The position numbers and the translations under genes were made by a program. The notes beneath the pieces were generated by a model, which was given only the letters and a program-made list of their open reading frames with translations, made no database searches and was not told the origin of the DNA. A stretch of DNA of 64,000 nt. Origin: Nitrospirota bacterium. GTDB lineage: Bacteria; Nitrospirota; UBA9217. Below are positions 34,327 through 47,668 of this stretch, piece after piece. Positions within the stretch are counted from its first letter, which is position 1. Each line of letters starts with the position of its first letter. The stretch is from assembly GCA_963737155.1 (NCBI GenBank), contig CAVTRN010000001.1:768001-832000 (forward strand), given 5' to 3'.

Positions 34327-35527
34327 GGATTGCTGGATGTTTCGCAAACGAAACGGGGGCCAAGCCAGCTGCCGGCGGGGAAAAGGATCGTCCATTCTTG
34401 CGGTATTTGGTGCCGCATGCGCTTTGTTTTTTATGAGCCTTACAGTGTCGGCCCAGGAGCACGCTGGCCACTCCGGACAACCATCGGGCGGCCAGGAACG
34501 GAATGCTGAAAGTGTGAAACAAGAGAATCCTCCCTTTATTACGATCAGTCCGGACAAGATCCAGCTCATCGGCGTGCGCACAACTGTTGCGGACTACCGA
34601 TCGCCGGACAAACAGATCCGCACAGTGGGCAAGATTGAGCCTGACGAGACCCGTCTCGCCTTCGTGAACACCAAGATCTCTGGCTGGGTGAAGAAGCTCT
34701 ACGTCGACTACACCGGCAAGGAGGTCGTGAAAGGCCAACCGCTGCTGTCGCTTTACAGTCCTGATCTCGTTACGGCACAGGAAGAATACCTTCTCGCGCT
34801 CCGGTCCGCCGGTTACGGCAAACATGAGACGGGTGACATGAAGGAGCTGGAAACTTCTCGCAACGAACTCCTTGAGTCCGCCAAACGACGACTACTACTG
34901 TGGGACATCACGGAAGCGCAGATTGCCGAACTTGGGAAAACCGGAAAACCCCAGACTGAGATGATCATCGAAGCACCCCTCAACGGGATTGTACTCGAAA
35001 AGATGGTGCTCGAAGGAGGCTATATTACGCCAGGCACGAACCTTTATAAAATAGCCGACCTTTCGTCGATCTGGATCATTGCCGATATCTACGAATATGA
35101 AGTACCTTTGGTGAAAGTAGGCCAGACCGCACTGGTGACCTTGCCGTACTATCCTGGCCAGCGCTATCGTGCAACCTTAAATTATATCTATCCGTCCTTG
35201 GATCCCGTTAGCCGGACAGTCAAGGTGCGGTTGTCCATGAAAAATCCCGGACTCATGCTGAAACCCGAAATGTTTGCAAATGTCCAGATCATGGTTTCCA
35301 CGGGCTCAAAACTGGTGATCCCACGCGAGGCAGTGATTGATTCGGGCAGGCGCCAGATCGTTTATGTCGAAAAAAAGGCGGGGGTGTACGAGATGCGCGA
35401 CGTGACCCTCGGGCAGCGTGGCGAGGATTATGTAGAAGTCCTGAAGGGCATTAAAAAAGGGGAGCGCATCGTTACTTCTGGCAATTTTCTCATCGATTCG
35501 GAGAGCCAGTTGAGGTTGGGGCAATAG
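34316..35527 (+). CDS. cusB: Heavy-metal RND membrane fusion protein
   Basis: GWVKKLY, YSPDLVTAQEEY, LKPEMFA, FLIDSES. Confidence 0.88.
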   Translation: MKIKDCWMFRKRNGGQASCRRGKGSSILAVFGAACALFFMSLTVSAQEHAGHSGQPSGGQERNAESVKQENPPFITISPDKIQLIGVRTTVADYRSPDKQIRTVGKIEPDETRLAFVNTKISGWVKKLYVDYTGKEVVKGQPLLSLYSPDLVTAQEEYLLALRSAGYGKHETGDMKELETSRNELLESAKRRLLLWDITEAQIAELGKTGKPQTEMIIEAPLNGIVLEKMVLEGGYITPGTNLYKIADLSSIWIIADIYEYEVPLVKVGQTALVTLPYYPGQRYRATLNYIYPSLDPVSRTVKVRLSMKNPGLMLKPEMFANVQIMVSTGSKLVIPREAVIDSGRRQIVYVEKKAGVYEMRDVTLGQRGEDYVEVLKGIKKGERIVTSGNFLIDSESQLRLGQ

Positions 35528-35631
35528 AATTCCTTATTGGAGTTTGCCAAATAGGTTGAGATAACAATAAAAGATGTAGAAATAACATTTCATGCGCAAT
35601 CAGATTGCAGAAATCGACGATCAGGTAACTT

Positions 35632-38600
35632 ATGCTGTCCAAAATCATAGAGTTTTCAGCTCGCAATAAATTTATCGTTTTACTCCTCGTAGGGTTCCTT
35701 ACCCTGTGGGGGATATGGGCAGTGTATAATACACCGCTTGACGCTATTCCTGACCTTTCGGACGTGCAGGTGATTGTGTACACTAATTGGGCGGGCAGGA
35801 GTCCGGATCTCGTTGAGGACCAGATCACCTATCCCATCGTCTCGACGCTGCTCGCGGCACCCAAAGTGCGCGTAGTCCGCGGAAAATCCTTTCTCGGCAC
35901 ATCCTTCGTCTATGTGATCTTTGAAGACGGCACTGACATCTACTGGGCAAGAAGCCGGGTGCTCGAATATCTCCAGGGCGTCCAAGGCAAACTGCCCGCG
36001 GGTGTGACTCCGCAGCTCGGTCCTGACGCAACTGGTGTGGGATGGGGGTTCCAGTATGCCCTGGAGGATGAAAGCGGAAAACACGACCTTTCCCAACTCC
36101 GATCACTTCAGGACTGGACCCTCAAGTATGCAATTGAATCAGTGCCCGGCGTTTCTGAGGTGGCGAGTATTGGCGGGTTTGTGAAACAATACCAGATCGC
36201 CGTGGATCCGAACCGGCTCGCGGCGTATAAGCTTCCACTGGCTAAGGTCATTGACGCCGTTATACGGAGTAACCGCGACGTGGAAGGCAGGGTCGTGGAA
36301 TGGTCCGGAAGGGAGTATATGGTACGCGGCCGCGGCTACATCCATGACAAGTCAGACATCGAGAAGATCGCCGTGGGCACTAACGAGCAAGGAACGCCCA
36401 TTTTGCTCAGCGATGTCAGCCAGGTCCAGCTCGGCCCGGAGATCCGGCGCGGTACCTCTGATCTGGACGGAAAAGGCGAGACCGTGGGCGGCATTGTTGT
36501 GGTCCGCTTCGGGGAGAACGTCCTCAACGTGATCGATCGGGTAAAAGCAAAGATTAAAGAGTTACAGCCCTCCCTGCCCGAAGGGGTCAAGATCACAACA
36601 ACCTACGACCGATCCGAGCTTATCCACGGCTCCGTGGACACTCTCCGCGAAGAAGTAATAAAACTTGGCATTGCCGTAGGCGTGGTTTGCATCGTTTTTC
36701 TCTTCCATCTTCCGAGCGCTCTCGTTGTTATTTTGACCTTGCCCGTGGCGATCCTGATCTCCTTTATCTGCATGTATTATCTCAAGATCAGTTCGAACAT
36801 CATGAGCCTGGGCGGCATCGCCATAGCCATAGGCGCTATGGTTGACGCCTCTATTATCATGGTCGAGAACGCGCATAAAAAGCTTGAAGAATGGGAGAAG
36901 GGCGGGATGGTCCACGGCTCGCGCGTCGATGTGATCATCAACGCTGCAAAAGAGGTCGGACCATCTCTCTTTTTTTCGCTCCTGGTGATCACGGTCGGTT
37001 TTTTGCCGATCTTCACCCTTGAGGAACAGGCAGGCAGACTGTTCAAACCCTTGGCGTACACCAAGACTTTTTCCATGCTTTTTGCGAGCTTTCTCGCGAT
37101 CACGCTGACGCCGGTCTTGATGACGCTTTTCATCAGGGGAAGGATCAGGCATGAGGACAACAATCCGATCAGTCATGTACTCACAAAAATTTACCACCCT
37201 GTTGCGGCCTTCGCACTCCGGTACCGGAAGTTCGTCATCATCGCAGCGATCATCATTGTTCTCATCACGGTTTTTCCTTTTACCAAACTGGGTTCGGAGT
37301 TTATGCCTCCGCTGTACGAGGGCACGCTTCTGTTCATGCCGTCATCAGTGCCCGGCGCCTCCATAACGACCATGAGCGGGGTGCTCCAGGCGGAGGACCG
37401 CATCATCAAAGAGTTCCCCGAGGTGGAGCACGTTTTCGGCAAAGCAGGCAGGGCCGAGACGTCGACCGATCCTGCGCCACTCGAGATGGTCGAGACCAAT
37501 GTGACTTTAAAGCCGATGAGCCAGTGGCGACCGCAGTACAAAAAATGGGAAGACCTCCGCGATGACATGGACAATGCCCTCACCATGCCAGGCGTGGCAA
37601 ACACCTGGACCATGCCGATCATCGGCAGGATTGACATGCTCGCGACGGGCATCCGGACGCCCTTGGGCATCAAGATATTTGGCCCCCATCTCGATGGAAT
37701 AGAACGCATTGGCCTGGATCTGGAACAGACTCTTCGCACCGTCTCCGGTACGCGCAGCGTCTACGCAGAGCGGGCCAACACGGGCTACTTTCTCGATTTC
37801 GATATCAACCGCGACGAAATCGGCAGATACGGCCTAACGGTCGAGGACGTGCAAGAAGTGATTGAGTCTGCCATCGGTGGCATGGACCTGACGACAACGG
37901 TCGAGGGCCGGGAGAGGTATCCCGTAAACATCCGCTACGGCCGGGAACTCCGGAATAATATCGAGGATCTCAAACAAGTGCTTGTACCGACGAGTGGTGG
38001 CGCCCAGGTCCCGTTGGGTCAGCTTGCGGACATCAAGGTGACGCGTGGCCCCGCTATGATCCAGAGTGAGGGTGGGATGCTGACTTCCGCGGTTACGCTA
38101 GGCATTGAAGGAAGTGATTATGGCGGCTACGTGGAGAGGGCCAACAGGGCAATTGCTGAAAAGATGAAGATCCCTCCAGGATACACAATCCAGTGGAGCG
38201 GTCAGTACGAATACATGGAGAATGTCAAAGCCAAACTCTTCTTCGTGATTCCGCTCACGCTGCTGATCATTGTGGTGCTGATTTATCTCAACACGGAATC
38301 GCTCACCAAGACTATGATTGTGCTGCTGGCAGTCCCCTTTTCGCTTGTGGGCACGGTCTGGTTCCTCTATCTCCTTGGCTACCACCTGAGCGCCGCGGTT
38401 TGGGTCGGCGTGATCGCCCTGGCGGGCCTCGACGCGGAGACTGGAATTGTGATGTTGCTTTATCTTGATTTGTCATATAACCGGTGGCATCAGGAAGGAA
38501 GGATCAATGCTCCCCAGGACATCGAGGACTCGGTGATGGAAGGAGCGGTGAAGAGAATCAGGCCAAAGATCATGACGGTGTCGGTAATCCTCGCGGGCCT

Positions 38601-38772
38601 CGTTCCGATCATGTTCTCGAGCGGCACCGGCGCGGACGTTATGAAGCGGATCGCAGCACCTATGATCGGCGGCGTGGTGACATCGACGATATTAGAATTG
38701 ATCATTTATCCCGCGATTTACGTGATCTGGAAGGAAAGAGAGCTGAGAAGGGCGGTAGACGGCCGTCTGTAA
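35632..38772 (+). CDS. cusA: Cu(I)/Ag(I) RND efflux pump
   Basis: DAIPDLSDVQVI, LGPDATGVGW, EFMPPL, APLEMVET, IDMLATG, MKRIAAPMIGG. Confidence 0.93.
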   Translation: MLSKIIEFSARNKFIVLLLVGFLTLWGIWAVYNTPLDAIPDLSDVQVIVYTNWAGRSPDLVEDQITYPIVSTLLAAPKVRVVRGKSFLGTSFVYVIFEDGTDIYWARSRVLEYLQGVQGKLPAGVTPQLGPDATGVGWGFQYALEDESGKHDLSQLRSLQDWTLKYAIESVPGVSEVASIGGFVKQYQIAVDPNRLAAYKLPLAKVIDAVIRSNRDVEGRVVEWSGREYMVRGRGYIHDKSDIEKIAVGTNEQGTPILLSDVSQVQLGPEIRRGTSDLDGKGETVGGIVVVRFGENVLNVIDRVKAKIKELQPSLPEGVKITTTYDRSELIHGSVDTLREEVIKLGIAVGVVCIVFLFHLPSALVVILTLPVAILISFICMYYLKISSNIMSLGGIAIAIGAMVDASIIMVENAHKKLEEWEKGGMVHGSRVDVIINAAKEVGPSLFFSLLVITVGFLPIFTLEEQAGRLFKPLAYTKTFSMLFASFLAITLTPVLMTLFIRGRIRHEDNNPISHVLTKIYHPVAAFALRYRKFVIIAAIIIVLITVFPFTKLGSEFMPPLYEGTLLFMPSSVPGASITTMSGVLQAEDRIIKEFPEVEHVFGKAGRAETSTDPAPLEMVETNVTLKPMSQWRPQYKKWEDLRDDMDNALTMPGVANTWTMPIIGRIDMLATGIRTPLGIKIFGPHLDGIERIGLDLEQTLRTVSGTRSVYAERANTGYFLDFDINRDEIGRYGLTVEDVQEVIESAIGGMDLTTTVEGRERYPVNIRYGRELRNNIEDLKQVLVPTSGGAQVPLGQLADIKVTRGPAMIQSEGGMLTSAVTLGIEGSDYGGYVERANRAIAEKMKIPPGYTIQWSGQYEYMENVKAKLFFVIPLTLLIIVVLIYLNTESLTKTMIVLLAVPFSLVGTVWFLYLLGYHLSAAVWVGVIALAGLDAETGIVMLLYLDLSYNRWHQEGRINAPQDIEDSVMEGAVKRIRPKIMTVSVILAGLVPIMFSSGTGADVMKRIAAPMIGGVVTSTILELIIYPAIYVIWKERELRRAVDGRL

Positions 38773-38984
38773 AGAGGATGCTGAATGCGCAGGAGAGAAT
38801 AAACCGGAGAAGGTCTGAGAATCAGGTGTCGTTGAATCCTGTAATTGTTCCCTTTGCTTTGTCTTTGGAACAGTGTCATAGCGTATCAAGTAGTCGCAGT
38901 TTACGCTTTTTGGCCTTCATCCCATCTTGTGAAGCGGCTAGAATCCACCGGTATCGCACAAAACAGATCTACAGGAGAGACTTC

Positions 38985-39285
38985 ATGGACCGGAAGCGTT
39001 TATTTACCTATATCTCAGGACCGGTCGACCAGACACTGCTTCTGCGTTATGAATACTTAACGGCAGAAAACAGCATTTTACGGCATCAATTCAAATGCCG
39101 CCTCCGGCTTACCGATGGCGAGCGTAAAACTTTGCTGAGATCGGAAAACGCTTGGGGAAGAAAGTGTCAGAAGAGGTCGCCAATAGTGTCAAGCCTGAGA
39201 CCATTTTGGCGTGGCGCCCGATCTGATCGCCTGCATGTTTGGCGGTTCCAAAACAGGGCCGCACGGGGCAGGCCCAAGATAGAAG
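38985..39285 (+). pseudogene. N-terminal remnant of an integrase-core (rve) transposase
   Basis: MDRKRLFTYISGPVDQTLLLRYEYLTAENSILRHQFKCRLRLTDGERKTL then frameshifts and GRP; catalytic core absent. Confidence 0.55.
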
Positions 39286-39337
39286 CGAAAGGAAATATCG
39301 TTATCTTGGAACCATGTGATCTAACAAGAGGTAAAAC

Positions 39338-39352
39338 CGGTACGCGAATTGC
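39338..39352 (+). promoter_or_regulatory. Candidate sigma54 promoter
   Basis: CGGTACGCGAATTGC has GG-N10-GC spacing, about 55 bp upstream of ATG 39407. Confidence 0.5.
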
Positions 39353-39406
39353 GATTGTGTATACGAGCAATGATTTGCAAATAAATTAAATCGAAGGAGG
39401 ACTGAA

Positions 39407-39808
39407 ATGATGAAAAAGTTTTTTTTGGTGGTTCTGGCAGGTTCAATGATGTTGTCGCTTATTGTAGGCTGTTCAAAAGGGTATGTCTCGCAAAAAACGG
39501 TGGACAGCACGACTATCACGCTCAAAGCAGAACAGTACCCACTGATAAAGGGCGACAACGCCTTGTCTGTTAAAGTGGCCGATTTGTCGGGAAAATCTGC
39601 GGGCGACGCCATGGTGATGGCACGTTACTATATGCCGCCCATGCCCGGGATGGCGCCTATGGAATACAAGACCATGGCCCAGGCGAAGGGCGAAGAATAT
39701 GTCTTAACCGCCAATATCCCGATGGAAGGCGGCTGGAAGATTGACGTGACGTCTACGCAGCCGGGGAAACCGGCGGTCACTGCAACGTTCAATGTCGATG
39801 CCAGGTAA
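39407..39808 (+). CDS. YtkA/FixH-like Met-rich lipoprotein (putative Cu chaperone)
   Basis: Lipobox IVGC, YYMPPMPGMAPM, MEGGW; SD AGGAGG. Confidence 0.75.
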   Translation: MMKKFFLVVLAGSMMLSLIVGCSKGYVSQKTVDSTTITLKAEQYPLIKGDNALSVKVADLSGKSAGDAMVMARYYMPPMPGMAPMEYKTMAQAKGEEYVLTANIPMEGGWKIDVTSTQPGKPAVTATFNVDAR

Positions 39809-40293
39809 AGACACGGCAATTGGCATCTAAGAAGAATAGTCATGATGAGTTGGGGTATTTCAGATGGTGTCCGAGATAAAAGGCATCTGGGAAGAAGTTC
39901 CCCTTGCAGGTCGTACACGATACACAACGGATTCCGATCATCAAGGCTTATGAAGAGACCGATGAAGCAGCAAACATTTTCTTGGAATACGCTGCGATTG
40001 GGTCTTGCCGGCGATGGCATTGTTGCCGCACCGCCGATGGACCATGCGGTACGCGTCTAGACAAAGGAACCTCAAATTAACTAAAAAGCCGCCGAGCGCC
40101 TTGAAAAGCGGGGAAGAGAAGAGTAGGATGATGGGAAATATCTTTGAGGTAGCGAGTTGCCACCTGAATGATGAGTTTGATATATGGGAAAACCCCGTCC
40201 AGAACCTTTAATGTTGATGCACAAAGATAAAGATCCGGAGCCTGGGTCGGGTTCCAGAGATCATGCCGTGATTCGGCGTTCTTATTTCCCTGT

Positions 40294-41397
40294 ATGATCA
40301 TGTCAGCATTTAAACAAATCAATCATGTCAGAGTGTATGTGCTTGCGGGCCTGCTTGCGATCATCTCGCTCATGCATTACCTCGCGGGCGCGGCAGTAGA
40401 GGGCATGGTCCACGGTCTTCTCGGCCATCTCTACATCGTACCGATCATCCTCGGTGCCTACTGGTACGGGATGAAAGGCGGTGTGATCGTAGCCATAACA
40501 TCAGCCGTGTTGTTTTCGCCCCATCTTTTCCTGCACTGGCATGACCCATTCATGGAGGTTTTTAATTACGTCGAATTATTTCTATTTTTCCTGATCGGAG
40601 GAGTCACCGGCGTACTGAGCCAGATGGAGCGAAACCAGCGCATACGGTATGAAGAAGCGCTGCAGCGACTCGACGAATCCCACCGAAAACTCAAGGAACA
40701 GACCGACGTGCTGTTCCAGACTGAAGAACATCTGAGACGGGCCGATCGCCTGTCTGCGCTGGGCGAGCTGTCGGCGGGCATGGCTCACGAGATCCGAAAT
40801 CCGCTCGGCTCGATTAAAGGCGCAGTCGAGATTCTGAAGGATGATTATTCGCCCGACGATACCAAGTATGAGTTCATCCAGATCCTTCTGAAGGAAACGG
40901 ACCGGCTGAATACTATCGTGCAGGAGTTCCTCGGTTTTGCCCGTCCTAAACAGCCCGAATTCCAGCTATCGGATATAGACAAGACGATCGAGTCCGTGTT
41001 GACGCTGACGGCTCAGGAGGCCAGGAAGTCGGGAGTGAGGATCGAAAAGAAACTCGATTCCACCATCGGAAAAAGGAATCTTGATGCCGGGCTGCTCAAG
41101 CAGGCGTTCCTGAACATAGTTCTGAACGCAATCCAGGCAATGCCGGATGGCGGGCGGCTCATCGTGGAAACCAGTCTTCGAAATGAACTGTTGGAGGTGA
41201 AAATCGTTGACACGGGGAACGGTATCCCTGAGGAAAACCGGAAAAAGCTTTTCAGCCCCTTTTTCACGACGAAGAAAAATGGTACCGGCCTCGGCCTCGC
41301 GATCACCTATCGGATCATCGAAAATCACCGTGGGACAATCGATGTCGTAAGTGAACCAGGGAGGGGAACGACGATTACAGTGAAGATCCCGGCATGA
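40294..41397 (+). CDS. Membrane sensor histidine kinase (NtrB-like)
   Basis: Four His-containing TM segments, AHEIRNPL H-box, NAIQAM, DTGNG, FFTTK..GTGLGL. Confidence 0.92.
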   Translation: MIMSAFKQINHVRVYVLAGLLAIISLMHYLAGAAVEGMVHGLLGHLYIVPIILGAYWYGMKGGVIVAITSAVLFSPHLFLHWHDPFMEVFNYVELFLFFLIGGVTGVLSQMERNQRIRYEEALQRLDESHRKLKEQTDVLFQTEEHLRRADRLSALGELSAGMAHEIRNPLGSIKGAVEILKDDYSPDDTKYEFIQILLKETDRLNTIVQEFLGFARPKQPEFQLSDIDKTIESVLTLTAQEARKSGVRIEKKLDSTIGKRNLDAGLLKQAFLNIVLNAIQAMPDGGRLIVETSLRNELLEVKIVDTGNGIPEENRKKLFSPFFTTKKNGTGLGLAITYRIIENHRGTIDVVSEPGRGTTITVKIPA

Positions 41398-41589
41398 GAA
41401 ATCAGTCGGAGAAGCTTGAGACGCGGAGACTAAAATTAAAGGAGAAATAAGGACGCGCATATATGCTGATAGATCGGGTCAAGAATTTGATCGCATAATT
41501 TGCAAGATTATCATGAGCGATCATTCACATACTGCGTTTGCTTCTGTTTCTCGCCATACCTCTGTGCCTTCGTGGTACAATTATCCATT

Positions 41590-42942
41590 ATGCAAAAAAA
41601 TTCAATCCTTCTCATAGACGATGATGACAGCCTGCGCCGAATCATGGAGTTCAGCCTGACTGAAGCGGGATACCGTGTCCAGATCGCGGCGAATGGAGAA
41701 GAAGGCCTGCGACTCTTGGAAAAGGACAGCTTTGACGCCGTCATTTCGGACATTACCATGCCTGGTATGGACGGCATGGAGGTCCTGATGAAGATTCGCG
41801 AGCAGGACGCTCAAATTCCGGTGGTCATGATAACAGCTTACGGTACGATCGAGAGTGCCGTTGATGCGATGAAACGGGGGGCATTCGATTATATCACCAA
41901 GCCGTTCAGCCGCGATGAACTCCGGCTCACACTTGACAGGGCGCTTAGGATGCGAAGACTCGAGAAGGAAAACATCGAGCTCAGGTCCGAAATCACGGAC
42001 CGCTACCGTTTCGATAGTATCATCGGCAGCAGTGAGAAAATTCGTGAAGTACTCGACTCGGCCGGTCGCGTGGCCGCAAGCGATGCCACGGTCCTGATCA
42101 CCGGTGAGCGAGGAACCGGGAAAGAGCTTCTCGCAAAAGGCATCCATTTCAACAGCTCCCGGGCGAAGGGCCCTTTCGTAGCGGTCAACTGCGCGGCCAT
42201 TCCGGAAACGCTGATCGAGAATGAGCTGTTCGGCCATGTGAAGGGAGCCTTTACCGGCGCAGGCAAGGACAAGGAAGGCAAGTTCGAGCTTGCCGACGGA
42301 GGAACAATTATGCTGGACGAGATCGGGGAGCTTCGCATCGATCTCCAGTCTAAACTACTCCGGGTCTTGCAGGAACGGAGTGTCGACCGGCTCGGAGACA
42401 GGAAATCCATTGCCGTGGATGTCCGGGTCATCGCTTCCACGAACCGGGACATTGAACAGGCGATCAAGGAAGGCAAATTCCGCGAAGATCTGTATGATCG
42501 CATTAACGTGGTGGGCCTTAGAATGCCGCCTCTCCGCGAGCGCAAGGAAGACATTCAGCTGCTCGCACAGTATTTTCTCAAAAAATTCAACAAGAGTGCA
42601 GCGGTTGGCATCGATCAAGAAGCGATGCCTGTGCTCCTGTCGTATGGCTGGCCAGGCAATGTGCGAGAACTCGAGAGCGTGATAGAACGAGCATCGGTGC
42701 TAAAACACGGGAACCTTGTAACGCCCGCCGATCTACCCGAGAAACTCAAAAAAGAAAAGAATAGCCTGGAGAATATCCTGTTGAACCTACCGGAAGAAGG
42801 TATTGCGCTTGAGGAACTGGAAAAGAGCCTCATCGTCAAGGCACTCGAAAAGAACAAAGGCAACCAGACCCGTACCGCCGAATATCTTGGTATCACAAGG
42901 CCGACGCTCATTTACCGAATGGAAAAATTCGATCTAAAATAA
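41590..42942 (+). CDS. sigma54-dependent response regulator (NtrC family)
   Basis: Receiver (DDDD, SDITMP), GERGTGKE, GAFTGA, WPGNVRELE, Fis-type HTH. Confidence 0.95.
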   Translation: MQKNSILLIDDDDSLRRIMEFSLTEAGYRVQIAANGEEGLRLLEKDSFDAVISDITMPGMDGMEVLMKIREQDAQIPVVMITAYGTIESAVDAMKRGAFDYITKPFSRDELRLTLDRALRMRRLEKENIELRSEITDRYRFDSIIGSSEKIREVLDSAGRVAASDATVLITGERGTGKELLAKGIHFNSSRAKGPFVAVNCAAIPETLIENELFGHVKGAFTGAGKDKEGKFELADGGTIMLDEIGELRIDLQSKLLRVLQERSVDRLGDRKSIAVDVRVIASTNRDIEQAIKEGKFREDLYDRINVVGLRMPPLRERKEDIQLLAQYFLKKFNKSAAVGIDQEAMPVLLSYGWPGNVRELESVIERASVLKHGNLVTPADLPEKLKKEKNSLENILLNLPEEGIALEELEKSLIVKALEKNKGNQTRTAEYLGITRPTLIYRMEKFDLK

Positions 42943-43717
42943 TGTAATGCACGATCCACGAAGGAGTATGGGATGGATATTGTTCAGAGAATCGATCTCT
43001 CGATGTTGAAGGGACATAGTGCTGTTTCGGAGTGTGTGGGCGGACAAGCAAAGTTGACTCCTTGCGTTGGTATATGATAACAAAATTGCTTGTGGACGCC
43101 TGAACTGCTCCGGAGTTCTCTGATCGGAATGCTCAGGTGGAGGAAGGTGGTTCTTGTGAACAGCAATTCCCTTCACACGTACATGCAAGGCTTTTTGTCT
43201 TTGCCTTTTCAAACGCTTCCTTTATGTTTGACATCAATGTAAACTGTCAGATCAATAGCGGGAGGCAATATGAACACAAGGTAATACAGCTGCCTATATA
43301 TTGCAAAAATTCTGACAGGTTAAACGGCGGTTGTTACAGCCAGTCATACAAAGTACAATATTAGAGCAATAATTATAACCCATATAAAATAGAAAAAAGT
43401 ATTAACGAAACGTGGGATAAAAAACTCTCTCCTATCCCAGCAGCTTGCATAGAATCATCATGGTGTAGTCTTGCGGATAAAATGGAAATTATCGTGAATG
43501 GTAAACAGATATGTTTTACTTCAGTCTATAATCTCCAGATTGGCCATTTTCATTGAAACAGAAATCCAAGTAGATGGCGCAATGATGTTATTACTTACTG
43601 AAGGCGATGCAGCAGGGGGTAGATATGTTTATTGATATGCATGAGCGAAGACCGGGGCTGCCGCCATCACTCTCCGGACAAGCCCCGCGCCGGTCAGGTC
43701 GGTGAGCAGAGATCATC

Positions 43718-44731
43718 ATGTTCATGCGGGCGTTCGAACGGGTGCGTACGAAAAAATCGAATAAACTTCTGGTGATCATCGGGGTTGCCCTCTTTTTACT
43801 GCCCGCGTCCGGCGGCGTCATCCTCTGTCAGAAGAACCGGATTCGCAGGATGACGAGTACGGCGGAGAACCTCTTTTACGCCATGAAGTCGCTGGAGCTT
43901 GAGATCGCAAAGGTTGAGGATACAGTGCTCCGGCAGGCCAATCCGGAACAGCTGGCCGAACTCCGAGCGAAGCGGGAGAAGCTTCTGAGCATGGAGAAGG
44001 ACTATGATCGGCTGGTAAAGGATCTGGGGATTTACAGGAAAATGAGCGAGGAGGACCGGCTCATCCTCAGGACGGCGCACGCGCTGCGAGAATGTGAACT
44101 GACCGTCCCCACGGGGTTCACGGACGAGGTCAAGAATTATATCCTCAAGTGGAAGTCCACAGACCGTCTTGAAACGGCCATCGATCGGGCAAAGTCGAAG
44201 GGATATGTCCCCATCGTTGAGCATGTGCTGGCGCATTACGGACTGTCTGCCCATTACTTCTTTCTGGCTGTCCGGGAAAGCGGATTCAAGTATCATGCCG
44301 TGGGGCCTTTTACGCGAGATGGATACGCCAAGGGCGTCTGGCAGCTGATTCCTACGACGGCCACTGCCTACGGACTCAAGCTGGGGCCGCTCGCTGCACA
44401 GCCATTGTATGACCCCCGCGATGAACGGTTCAATTTCGAAAGGGAGACGAAGGCCGCGGCCGAGTACATCAAGGACATCAGAGATATCGTGGCGCAGGCA
44501 TCCGGCCTTCTCGTATTGGTGACCTACAATTGGGGGGAGACCAATGCACAGAAAATTATCGATCAAATGCCAGAGAATCCGAGGGAGAGAAATTTTTGGC
44601 GGTTCATTGCGATAGAAAACATTCCTCAACAAGCATACGATTATGTGTTCTATGTCTTTTCCGCTGCCGTCATCTGCGAGAATCCACGGCTCTTTGGCTT
44701 TGATTTTGAATGCCCGGTGACGCTTCAATGA
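43718..44731 (+). CDS. Lytic transglycosylase (SLT domain), possibly 5'-truncated
   Basis: TM segment and coiled coil, RESGF catalytic Glu, AKGVWQLIPTTATAYGL, YNWGE. Confidence 0.7.
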   Translation: MFMRAFERVRTKKSNKLLVIIGVALFLLPASGGVILCQKNRIRRMTSTAENLFYAMKSLELEIAKVEDTVLRQANPEQLAELRAKREKLLSMEKDYDRLVKDLGIYRKMSEEDRLILRTAHALRECELTVPTGFTDEVKNYILKWKSTDRLETAIDRAKSKGYVPIVEHVLAHYGLSAHYFFLAVRESGFKYHAVGPFTRDGYAKGVWQLIPTTATAYGLKLGPLAAQPLYDPRDERFNFERETKAAAEYIKDIRDIVAQASGLLVLVTYNWGETNAQKIIDQMPENPRERNFWRFIAIENIPQQAYDYVFYVFSAAVICENPRLFGFDFECPVTLQ

Positions 44732-45135
44732 GGGGACGTCCGCCGCATGTATCGCGCGAATTGACCGGTTCGCTTTGTGATACATTCCGGTCATAGGAAG
44801 GATAAACCGGCTCTCATACATATGTGGCAAAAGGTCGCCGGCACTTTCGCGGTGAATACTTCCAACGAAGCGTTGGAGTTTCCATTCTTCATAACACATA
44901 AAGTTTCGATAGGTATTCTTCCATACATACCATTAAAATATCCATCTGCCATCGCTGACATCGTTATTAATCGAGCATATAGTCGTCCTAGTAGATAATA
45001 GGCATATTCTTTGCTAAATCCATTAAGGGTGTATTTGGGCAAGTTGAGGAAGGGACCTACTCAATCATTGGTATGTCGGATGCTGACGCGCAAAAATGAC
45101 AAAGATAAAGTGTAAACTGACAAATTGAAATGTAG

Positions 45136-47286
<2,151 letters not shown>

Positions 47287-47470
47287 CATTTCAATATTTC
47301 CGGTATTTGTCAATATTCCCTCAGCCAAATTTCTAAATTTCCAAGATATTCTAACAATGTATCATTCCTCGCTTATGTTATACTAAATATGACGAATTTT
47401 TTAAGATCGCCTTTTTTATATTTCAATGGCCTCCACGAGGCGGAAACCACAATTTTACGGAGGATGATGG

Positions 47471-47588
47471 GTATTCCGGTCCAAGCCGACCCATCATTCC
47501 GCTGATATCCGACCCCTGATTCCGATTTAATCCGACCCATTATTCCGCTGGTATTCGACCCATCATTCCGGTCTAATCCGGCCACCCG
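47471..47588 (+). repeat. Five 23-bp tandem IS21 terminal repeats
   Basis: ATTCCG..CGACCC units starting 47473, 47496, 47519, 47542, 47565; three inverted copies at about 50030-50100. Confidence 0.85.
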
Positions 47589-47668
47589 CTAAAAGCTAAT
47601 CGACGCTGGGTAAATTCTAAAAGGTCGTGTATCCTGAACCCTTAAAATTCGCTTTTAAGGAGAACTGG

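Noticed and set aside
38484-39389. 301-aa ORF overlapping the end of cusA
   Set aside because: Chimera of an off-frame cusA tail, spacer and a transposase remnant starting at 38985
43796-44899. 367-aa minus-strand ORF
   Set aside because: Antisense to the SLT-domain gene, which carries the real motifs
47471-47588. Regular 23-bp repeats resembling a mini-CRISPR
   Set aside because: No spacers of CRISPR length and no cas genes; inverted copies at the other end of istAB show they are IS21 terminal repeats
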